IMG/VR virus record: IMGVR_UViG_3300037246_001990
Span: 1 to 63,032 of that record
Source of the DNA: a virus
Taxonomy: Duplodnaviria > Caudoviricetes
Strand: one strand, 5' to 3'
Length of the DNA stretch: 63,032 bases
Below the pieces are notes generated by a model. It was not told where the DNA came from. It searched no databases and saw only the letters and a list, made by a program, of their open reading frames with translations. Made by a program: the position numbers and the translations under genes. Positions 54,874 through 63,032 of this stretch are shown in pieces. Within the stretch, counting starts at the first letter, position 1; the number at the start of each line of letters is the position of its first letter.

Positions 54874-56121
54874 ATGACACAACGACTATTGAAATCTTGG
54901 ACTCCTAATATATCATATGAGTTTGAGTTAAGAATTAACGATCAAGATTATTCTAATGATTTGGTTTCTCTTACAATTAGGTCAGCAGTAAATACCCCAT
55001 ATCAAAATATTAGTTTAGATCTTTTTCTTGATTCTTCAGATTTATTAACAGAAGAAATATATGGTCAAACTCCAATAAAATTAGTTGTGACTTTATTAGG
55101 TGAACTTGGATGGCCTCAACAAAGAGTTGAATTTGATCTGTTATTTTTAAATATAAATACCGATTACAGCACTCAACGAACTCATGAAGCTTTTGACCAA
55201 AAAGAAAGGGTAGCCGTAAGTTTCGAAACTATATCAAGACCCTCATATCAATCAATGACAACTTTAGTTAATGGACTTTATTTTGGAAAAACTCCTGAAG
55301 ATATAGTTAATGATGTTCTTTCTAAAACAAATGCCGATGTAGAATATGATACAAATGGGAAAAGTGGACTTGTAATAGATCAATTCTTAATTCCCCCAAG
55401 TACAGTATATAGAACAGTTCATTATTTAGATAAAATTTATGGAATATTTAATGGAGTATTAGGATTTCATTGCTCATTTGATAATAGAATTAGAGTACAA
55501 AACTTAAGCAAACAAGTAATAGCATCTCAAGCTCTTACAATACATCAGTTAGCAACTAATTCAGATCAATCAAAAATACTTGAGGCAACAGATCCTTCAC
55601 AATTTTATACAAAAGTACCAATAAAAGTATTTAATAGATCCAATTCTATTTTTTCAGTTTTGGCTCCAACTAATAGATATGTAGTTAAACCTAGAAATCA
55701 ATTATTTAAAATTATTGATATAAATACTGAAGAACAAGCAAAAAGTTTCGGGTTAATTTCTAAAAATATTTCAGGAACTTCAGATATATTTTATGATAAA
55801 GAAGCAATTAAAACAAATAAAAGAATAACATATCATACAAATCAAACAGGATATGACATAGATAATACTTTTATAAATGCAAATTTAACAAGTTCACTTC
55901 AAGATATGAGTCAGTTGCAAATTGAGGTACAACACAATCTTCCGATACTAAACTTAATGGAAGTTGGACAAGGAGTTAATTTCTTAACTGAAATAACTAC
56001 TTATAGTGCTCTTAGTGGTTTCTATATATTGAAAGCAAGTGAAATTGGTTGGATAAGATCAAAAGTTTGGGAGTCATGGGCGCACATGCATCTTATAAGA
56101 ACCAACATATCTACAACTTAA
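54874..56121 (+). CDS. Probable virion structural protein (baseplate hub/tail-like)
   Basis: First gene after the terminator, next to terminase; ends GFYILKASEI...MHLIRTN like baseplate hub proteins. Confidence 0.45.
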   Translation: MTQRLLKSWTPNISYEFELRINDQDYSNDLVSLTIRSAVNTPYQNISLDLFLDSSDLLTEEIYGQTPIKLVVTLLGELGWPQQRVEFDLLFLNINTDYSTQRTHEAFDQKERVAVSFETISRPSYQSMTTLVNGLYFGKTPEDIVNDVLSKTNADVEYDTNGKSGLVIDQFLIPPSTVYRTVHYLDKIYGIFNGVLGFHCSFDNRIRVQNLSKQVIASQALTIHQLATNSDQSKILEATDPSQFYTKVPIKVFNRSNSIFSVLAPTNRYVVKPRNQLFKIIDINTEEQAKSFGLISKNISGTSDIFYDKEAIKTNKRITYHTNQTGYDIDNTFINANLTSSLQDMSQLQIEVQHNLPILNLMEVGQGVNFLTEITTYSALSGFYILKASEIGWIRSKVWESWAHMHLIRTNISTT

Positions 56122-56146
56122 AGAACAAACAAAAAAGGAGATCAGT

Positions 56147-57805
56147 ATGGCAAAGAAATTACCAGAAAATTTAAAAGACATTGCAAATAAATATATAGAG
56201 GAATATCTTCAGTGCAAAACTTCATTTGATTATTTTTGTACACATTATGTTTATCTTGAATTGCCTGGAAAAGATGTTCTATTAAACCCTTATGGCAAAC
56301 AAACTGAACTAATTGATCTTATTGAAAAACGTAAATTTGTTTTAGTTCTAAAGAGTAGACAGATTGGAATTTCAACAATTATTCAAGCATATGCTGCTTG
56401 GTTAGTAACATTCTTTGCAAATACTGTTGTTGGAATTATTTCAAAGGATGGAAAGGAAGCCACAACATTTGCTAGAACTATTCGTGGTATAATTGAAAAA
56501 CTTCCTGATTGGATGAAACCGCCAAAAGGTTTATTAGGAAGAGGTTTTGCAAAAAGAGCAGAACAATCATTTATTTTAACTAATGGCGCAAAAGTATATG
56601 CCGAACCAGTTAATCCAAATAGACCTGAGAATACGCTTCGTGGTAAGGCAGTGACTTTATTAGTAATCGATGAAGCAGCATTTGTTAGTCGTATTGATAC
56701 TGCATGGACTTCAATGGTTCCATCTTTATCAACAAATCAAATGCATGCCAGAAAAATGGGTGTTCCATTTGGTACTGTCGTATTATCAACTCCAAATAAA
56801 ACAGTTGGTATTGGTCAATGGTACTTCAAAAGATATAATAATGCAATCTCTGATAATGATATTTTTAAACCATTTGTTATTCACTGGAGGATGATTCCTG
56901 AATTAGCAGACGATCCTCATTGGTATAGTACTCAATGCGCTCTATTCGATCATGATAAGAGAAAGATTGCTCAAGAGTTAGAGTTAAAATTCTTACCAAC
57001 TGAAGGTTCATTCTTTGACGCGGCAACTGTTGAGGTAATGCAAGATTCAGTACAGAAACCAATTCAAACATCAAAAATATTCAATGGAACAATTTGGAAA
57101 TTTGCAGAAAGAGAGTTAAATACTCATTACATAATTGGAGTCGATACTGCTCCAGAGCACGGAGAAGATAAATCAGCCATTACTGTTTGGAATTATAGAA
57201 CATTAGAACAAGTTTGGGAATATCAAGGAAAATGTAAAGTATTAGATTTCGTTAAAGTAATTAAGGTTGCGGGAACAGAATACCCAGGAACTATTGTCGT
57301 TGAAACTACTGGAGGGTATGGTAACCAAGTTGTTGAGCATTTAAATATGAGTGAGTTATCTATAATGTTATACAAAGAAAAACGAGGGGCAAATACTTTA
57401 GTTCCAGGACTTTCAAATAATTCAAAAACCAGACCTTTAATGATTGACGCTCTTTATTCTTATATGACTGAGTTTCCTGAGAGTGTAAAATCTGAAAGAC
57501 TAGCATTAGAATTAACTGGGCTTGTGTCAAAAGCAAATGGAAGAGTTGAAGCAGATATAGGATGTCATGACGATTTAGCATTAGCAACAGCATGTTGTAT
57601 GTATGTTAGAAAATATGATCCTCCATTATTAATCGGTACAGAAGAGTTTAGTGTAGCTGGAGCTATGATGAAAGACATTATGGGTTATAATATAGATAGT
57701 AACGATCTTGAAATGACTGATAAAAGTATAATGAAACATGTAAAAGATAACTTAAAAGAAGAAAGTGGTTTTATTAATATAATGGATATGTATTCATTAG
57801 AGTAA
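56147..57805 (+). CDS. terL: Terminase large subunit (T4 gp17-like)
   Basis: LKSRQIGIST Walker A, VIDEAAF Walker B, LSTPN, GVDTA and HDDLALA nuclease motifs. Confidence 0.93.
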   Translation: MAKKLPENLKDIANKYIEEYLQCKTSFDYFCTHYVYLELPGKDVLLNPYGKQTELIDLIEKRKFVLVLKSRQIGISTIIQAYAAWLVTFFANTVVGIISKDGKEATTFARTIRGIIEKLPDWMKPPKGLLGRGFAKRAEQSFILTNGAKVYAEPVNPNRPENTLRGKAVTLLVIDEAAFVSRIDTAWTSMVPSLSTNQMHARKMGVPFGTVVLSTPNKTVGIGQWYFKRYNNAISDNDIFKPFVIHWRMIPELADDPHWYSTQCALFDHDKRKIAQELELKFLPTEGSFFDAATVEVMQDSVQKPIQTSKIFNGTIWKFAERELNTHYIIGVDTAPEHGEDKSAITVWNYRTLEQVWEYQGKCKVLDFVKVIKVAGTEYPGTIVVETTGGYGNQVVEHLNMSELSIMLYKEKRGANTLVPGLSNNSKTRPLMIDALYSYMTEFPESVKSERLALELTGLVSKANGRVEADIGCHDDLALATACCMYVRKYDPPLLIGTEEFSVAGAMMKDIMGYNIDSNDLEMTDKSIMKHVKDNLKEESGFINIMDMYSLE

Positions 57806-57815
57806 GGAGTTATTT

Positions 57816-58706
57816 ATGGATGAACAACAGTTAGATGAATTTTTTTCTGTTCCTGTTGGACTAAAAGAAGTTGATAATATATACGGATTTAAAGTGTATA
57901 GTTCTGATAGATTAGTTAAAGCATATCTAGAGGCGATTAATCGATCAGGAAGGGGAAATCAAGTATACCCTCCAATTGAAAAATTAGTAAAACAGAAAAA
58001 AATAATGCCTATTTATCACATAAAGGGTATTTTAAGATTCTTAGCACATAAGATGTTTGGTAGTCCAGAAGATAAAGCAATTCTTGGATTCTATCATATG
58101 GGCGTTAAAAGAGTCTATATAATGATTGATAATAATATATCAGTTTTTGGTCATGCAAAAAATGATGAGATTGCAAGCACAACGATACACGAATGTCAAC
58201 ATCTTTTTGCTGATATGAATAGATCAAAATTTATGTCAATATTTAATGAACAAATTTATAGATATTATACATCTGCATTCTCACGAATATTTCAATTAAA
58301 TACTATACCAAAAAAAGAAATCTCTAATATTATAAATTTTATAGGAAAATTTGAAGGGGAGTCTCTTAATAAAGTAACACAGAAACTCGATTCATATATA
58401 AAAGCTATACAACCATTGCAGGAATACTCAACTCTAAATCAACAAGAATTTAATAAAAGAATGAATGATATAACATTAATAATAAGAATATTTACAGAAA
58501 GGTTTGATTTATTTTTAAAAATATATAGAAAGTATACACATATTTTTGGACCTCTTGATAGAGCTTATAGAGATGCCTTTGGAAAAAGAAATTTATATAC
58601 TACTCCATATCAAGAATTGATTTCTCTTTCTGAAGTTATATGTGTTCTATCAGAAATAAAACCAGGAGACCCAAAAATAAAGCAAGGATTTAAGACGTTT
58701 TCGTAA
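57816..58706 (+). CDS. Hypothetical protein with HExxH motif
   Basis: ILGFY...TIHECQHL zincin-like signature. Confidence 0.55.
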   Translation: MDEQQLDEFFSVPVGLKEVDNIYGFKVYSSDRLVKAYLEAINRSGRGNQVYPPIEKLVKQKKIMPIYHIKGILRFLAHKMFGSPEDKAILGFYHMGVKRVYIMIDNNISVFGHAKNDEIASTTIHECQHLFADMNRSKFMSIFNEQIYRYYTSAFSRIFQLNTIPKKEISNIINFIGKFEGESLNKVTQKLDSYIKAIQPLQEYSTLNQQEFNKRMNDITLIIRIFTERFDLFLKIYRKYTHIFGPLDRAYRDAFGKRNLYTTPYQELISLSEVICVLSEIKPGDPKIKQGFKTFS

Positions 58707-58720
58707 GGAGATAGACAACC

Positions 58721-61465
58721 ATGCCAACAAAGCCAACACCTGGAAGTATCACCCAAACGGCTGACTCACAAAAAGATAGAATTAACAATATTAGTAATGT
58801 ATCCAGTGCGATTAATGCAATGCAAAAAGATGTAGACCAAAAGATTTCCGAGACTAATAAACGGGTAGAACGAAAAGACGAAGTACAAGCGGTCCAAGGT
58901 TTAATGAGTCAGAGTATTTCAAAGTTAAATCAAACTCTTGGTGCATTAACTACAGGTATTGCAAAAATTACTACTGATACTGCCAGAGCAACAGCTGGTG
59001 CTATCAATCAATATGGTAAAGCAATAAGTGAAGATATTAGTTTTAATAAGAAAAGTGTTGTTGCTATGGCACTCGCTAAAACATCTCCAATATACGGTTA
59101 CTTCGTATCTAAATTTATGGAAACTAATGTTTGGAAACAAGCATTAACTAAAATGAAAACCTCTATCATGCAGACTATGGGGGCAATTCTTAGACCATTT
59201 AAAGGATCTCCAGCATCGAGATCTCAAGCACCAACACCAACTCAAGCTCAAGGAGCATATCCAGGTGAGGCATTAGGAAAAGTTCGTGCAGATCATCTTG
59301 GAGGTGGGTCCGAAGGTTTTAGTTCTGGGGACGTATCTCAATTAATTTCTATTCAACAACAACAACTAAATTATATGCAAAGAACCTTTGGTTATGAAGA
59401 AAAATATTATAAAAGTTGGTTCTCAAGAATGTCCCCTATGAGATTGGTAAGAGCTTTTAGAAGAACCAAAGGAAATTATACAGCACAATTATCTTCTTCA
59501 AAACAACCATTAACTAATATTGCTCATAACATTGCTACTTTATATACACAGTTAATGTGGCGTTTTGATAATTTACTAGAAATACAAAAAGCAAATGCCG
59601 TAGCAAATCGTGATCTTGCTATGCATACACTCAAAATAAAATACCCACCAATTCCTGGAATCAGGATGAGACAATTAGTAAAACCTCTTATTAGAAAAGT
59701 TGTTAGTGGTGCTATAAAAGCATTTCCTTTATTAGCTATGGCTGCTGGACTTGCTGGGGGTGGTTTACCTGGAGCAGCTATCGCAGGTACTGCAGGTCTT
59801 GGTCTACTTGCAAAAAGAGCATTACAAAAAAGAGATGCGAGAAAAAGAGCAGAAGCAGAAGCAAGAGGGGAAGAATATAAAGGTGGATTTTTAACGAAAC
59901 GTAGAGGAGTCTATGCAGACGCTCCAAAAGGACCTGGTTTTATTAGAGGTATTGGACAAGGTATAAAAGGAAAATTTAGACAATTCCTTCCTACTGGTAG
60001 ACAGCTTGAAATGGGAGGTATGGAACCAGGAGCCTTCATGGGAGGAGGATTCCAAAGAGGAGAAAGACAAAGAAATGTAATCCGTACTGCCTCTGAGAAA
60101 CGATCAATGATTGCTAATGGTAGAATGATTGCTACAGGGTTTTCTCAAACACTTGGAGGAAGAAAAGGTTTAAGAAGACCTATATGGGTTGCTCCTATAC
60201 CAGATGCATTAACTAAAAAATATTACTCATGGTCTAAAACACAAGATAAAATACAAACAAGAACATTAAAGAAAATAAGAGATAGTAATGAAGACCAACA
60301 TGAATTACAAAGAAGAACTTATAAAAGAGCATCCAAGTGGAGACTGATAGATAAAATAATGGGATTTGCAAAAATGATTGGTGGTTTATTTAAAAGTTTA
60401 CTACCATCATTAGGTTTAGGTATAGCGGCTTTAGGGATAGGGGCAGCAATTGGGACTTATATAGATGATAAGTTTTTCGGTCCAGCTCGAAAAAAATGGA
60501 ATGAGATGATTTCTCAGCTAGAAGATATTATGCGTAAAGATCGTCTAACAAAAACACATGCACTAGCTCAAGAATACGTTGACACATTAGAAAAAGAACC
60601 TCTTGCAAAAATGTTGTATGGTCAACGAGGTAAAAAAGGACTCGCCTTAAGACAAAAAAGAGAGAAATCATTAGATAAACCGAACGCTCTAATGTCTTCG
60701 CTCCCTGGTGGTTCATTTATGGCTGGTCCAGCCCAATGGTTAGGAAAAACTTTTTCTGGAACTCCAGATGCTGCACAATTTTCAGCTCTTGTTTTTGATG
60801 CACAAACTGAATGGAGAAATCAACATATATCAGAATATTATCCTTTTCATCCTGATGAAGTTACTAGACTAAGAGATCAATGGATATCTCAACCTACGGG
60901 AGGATTTAGAGGAGTAAGACCTGGCGAATTTGGGAAAAAAGACAAACCAAATTTAGAAGCTATAAAGAAATATGCACATAAAAGAGAAGAATCATTCTTA
61001 AAGTACCTAAAATCTAAAGGCACAAAAATGACAGAATCTGAAAGTAAAAAGTTATTTTCCGAAGCAAAAAGACAGAAAGAAGCTCAAAGAAGAAAATCTG
61101 GTGCTGTGCCAGAAGGATCAACAGGTTTATATGGACTAAAAATTCATCCAGGTGGGGCACAAGATTCTTCAACAGGAAAAATAGATCAATCTGCTCTTTC
61201 AAAGAATCAAACAGAAGTAATAGAAAAACAAGCAGAGTTAACATCAACACCTGTAGTCAATAAACTAGATGATGTAAAAGAAACAATAAAAGGCGAATCA
61301 CAAAACTCAACTATACAATTACAAAATACAACAATTCAATCATCAAATCAAATCACTAGTAGTGTTAACGATTCAACTACAGTTTCTGGCGGTGGTGGAC
61401 GTCAAAGAGAGGGACTTCGAGCAGATGGATGGTATCAAAGAGCAATTTTTTCAGGTGGACGATAA
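58721..61465 (+). CDS. Large basic probable virion protein (tape-measure/ejection-like)
   Basis: 914 aa, coiled coils, Gly/Ala-rich hydrophobic segments; in the late-gene block. Confidence 0.5.
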   Translation: MPTKPTPGSITQTADSQKDRINNISNVSSAINAMQKDVDQKISETNKRVERKDEVQAVQGLMSQSISKLNQTLGALTTGIAKITTDTARATAGAINQYGKAISEDISFNKKSVVAMALAKTSPIYGYFVSKFMETNVWKQALTKMKTSIMQTMGAILRPFKGSPASRSQAPTPTQAQGAYPGEALGKVRADHLGGGSEGFSSGDVSQLISIQQQQLNYMQRTFGYEEKYYKSWFSRMSPMRLVRAFRRTKGNYTAQLSSSKQPLTNIAHNIATLYTQLMWRFDNLLEIQKANAVANRDLAMHTLKIKYPPIPGIRMRQLVKPLIRKVVSGAIKAFPLLAMAAGLAGGGLPGAAIAGTAGLGLLAKRALQKRDARKRAEAEARGEEYKGGFLTKRRGVYADAPKGPGFIRGIGQGIKGKFRQFLPTGRQLEMGGMEPGAFMGGGFQRGERQRNVIRTASEKRSMIANGRMIATGFSQTLGGRKGLRRPIWVAPIPDALTKKYYSWSKTQDKIQTRTLKKIRDSNEDQHELQRRTYKRASKWRLIDKIMGFAKMIGGLFKSLLPSLGLGIAALGIGAAIGTYIDDKFFGPARKKWNEMISQLEDIMRKDRLTKTHALAQEYVDTLEKEPLAKMLYGQRGKKGLALRQKREKSLDKPNALMSSLPGGSFMAGPAQWLGKTFSGTPDAAQFSALVFDAQTEWRNQHISEYYPFHPDEVTRLRDQWISQPTGGFRGVRPGEFGKKDKPNLEAIKKYAHKREESFLKYLKSKGTKMTESESKKLFSEAKRQKEAQRRKSGAVPEGSTGLYGLKIHPGGAQDSSTGKIDQSALSKNQTEVIEKQAELTSTPVVNKLDDVKETIKGESQNSTIQLQNTTIQSSNQITSSVNDSTTVSGGGGRQREGLRADGWYQRAIFSGGR

Positions 61466-61479
61466 GGGAGATTAAATAA

Positions 61480-62952
61480 ATGGCAGCTATTAACATTGAT
61501 AAAATATTTCAAGCCAATCAAGATAAAATTACAGCAACAGAAAGTAAACTAGCTTTTGGAAATGCGATAACTTCCGGTGGAGATGATAAAGCAGAAATAC
61601 TCCAATCGATTTTTGGTTTACCTCCAGATAATCTACTTCCTGAGACAAATAGAAAAATATTAGATTCTATGCCTGTATGTCATTTCATGCCTGGAACTCC
61701 AGATTTCACAAGAGGATTAGATCTTTTTACTATAAAATCTGCTTGGACCACTAATGCAACCCAAGGAGGGAGATCAGGTTTATTTTCCTATACTGGATTG
61801 TTAGAAGCCCACGGGTTTAAAACTCCTAATACACCTGGTCAGGGAATTAAAGTTGCATACTTAGCAGATGCATTTCCAACAGATACATTTACAAATGAAT
61901 ACGGAGAAAACTTCCTTCAAGGACTTACTGATGTAGGTTCAGAAAAAATGGCATCATTAGCACAAATGATGGGAACTAGAACAGGAACAGAAGCTCTTTC
62001 AAGATTATTAACTCCAATTGGAAAAGCAGCAGAGGCAGGAACGAAAAAACTTGGTGGAGCAATTGGTGGTGAAACAGGATCAAAAATTGCAGGAGCAGGA
62101 ATAAATTTCCTTAAAGATATGGCAACCTCTGGTATGGATACGGCAAGAACCTTAATAAATTCTACTGCAATGACACAAAGGGGTGCCAGTATAATAAATA
62201 GACTTGCAGCTGGTCAAAGAATCGATTTTCCAATGGTCTGGAAATCAAGTGGATTTCAACCATCATATACAATGACAGTCAGGTTATATAATCCTAATCC
62301 AAGAAGTGTAAAAGATACTAAAAAATATATAGTTGGTCCGATAGTTGCTTTAATGTTATTAGCTGTCCCAATTACTGATAATGGTTCTACATACAGTTGG
62401 CCATTTTTTCACAGAATTTTGTCACCCGGAATATATGATCTTAATCCCGGATTTATTTCAAACATTACAGTAATTAAAGGTGGAGATCAACAACAAATAT
62501 CTCAACAACAAAGAATGGGAATAGTAGATGTTAGAATTGATGTTGGTAGTTTATTTAGTACTATGGTAGCTGGAGGCACTGCAATCTCACAAAAAACAAG
62601 ACCTACAGTCAAAAAATATGCTCAAGCAATGTTAAATCCAACTCCAGCTAGACACCAAGTATATGATAGACAGGCAATTGAAAAGAAAGATGACCTTACT
62701 AGCATTAATGCATTATTTGCAAACAATACAATAAGAAATGCAAGAAAAGTTCAGGAAACACAAAGACGAGCAGATCAAGCAGAATTAAAAGAAGATACTG
62801 GAACAACTGCAGATAATAGAGTTACTCTTCAAAATAGAATTACAGCAGCTAGATTAGAACTCCAAGCATGCCAAGGACGAACAACTTGTGTTACAGCGGC
62901 AACTGAAAGACTAAATAATCTTCTAACTATAGCAAATATTCCAGCAGTATAA
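61480..62952 (+). CDS. Probable virion structural protein (tail/baseplate-like)
   Basis: FPMVWKSS...YTMTVRLYNP...ISNITVIKG pattern; late-gene block. Confidence 0.45.
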   Translation: MAAINIDKIFQANQDKITATESKLAFGNAITSGGDDKAEILQSIFGLPPDNLLPETNRKILDSMPVCHFMPGTPDFTRGLDLFTIKSAWTTNATQGGRSGLFSYTGLLEAHGFKTPNTPGQGIKVAYLADAFPTDTFTNEYGENFLQGLTDVGSEKMASLAQMMGTRTGTEALSRLLTPIGKAAEAGTKKLGGAIGGETGSKIAGAGINFLKDMATSGMDTARTLINSTAMTQRGASIINRLAAGQRIDFPMVWKSSGFQPSYTMTVRLYNPNPRSVKDTKKYIVGPIVALMLLAVPITDNGSTYSWPFFHRILSPGIYDLNPGFISNITVIKGGDQQQISQQQRMGIVDVRIDVGSLFSTMVAGGTAISQKTRPTVKKYAQAMLNPTPARHQVYDRQAIEKKDDLTSINALFANNTIRNARKVQETQRRADQAELKEDTGTTADNRVTLQNRITAARLELQACQGRTTCVTAATERLNNLLTIANIPAV

Positions 62953-63032
62953 ATTAACAGATTTGATTTCTTAATACTCCTGTTAGATAAAACGCAAGGA
63001 AGGAATTTATAATGAATTGAGTTTGAGAAGTG

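Noticed and set aside
1849-61250. Numerous short minus-strand and nested alternative-frame ORFs in the track
   Set aside because: They overlap well-supported plus-strand genes, lack RBS or motifs, and are expected shadow ORFs
1-63032. Alternative genetic code (stop-codon reassignment)
   Set aside because: Conserved genes are full length in code 11, and TAA, TAG and TGA all terminate genes at tight junctions

Overview
AT-rich, gene-dense segment with all supported genes on the + strand. It looks like a large (jumbo-type) tailed phage genome in the standard genetic code. It encodes two separate multisubunit RNA polymerases: beta' split in two plus beta at 2463-9596, and beta' plus beta at 42506-48405. 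It also carries a T4-like large terminase and probable virion genes (54874-62952), plus replication/repair genes: two type II topoisomerase subunits, SF2 helicase, SbcCD/Mre11-Rad50, a probable SSB and a small polymerase-like protein. Other modules are an MTase-endonuclease pair, QueD and FolE2, a MoxR-type AAA+/vWA pair and a pilin-like peptide. The most striking element is a ~1.15 kb non-coding array (10605-11746). It holds eight hairpin RNAs sharing one scaffold (outer stem-GACU-inner stem-UUC(A/U)GA-variable cargo; two cargos are tRNA-like), interleaved with NCCA-ended mini-tRNA-like hairpins. The array lies directly upstream of a Ro60/TROVE-sized vWA protein and an ARPP-like protein, so it is a candidate Y-RNA-like ribonucleoprotein system. 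Two further unusual modules are a complete ubiquitin-like conjugation cluster (E2-JAB-E1-Ubl-E1-E2, 35502-42281) and seven genes sharing an N-terminal MK(I/V)K(L/T)DF(I/V)TNSS leader next to a radical SAM enzyme. All protein calls come from motifs read by eye and all RNA structures from manual pairing; no searches were run.
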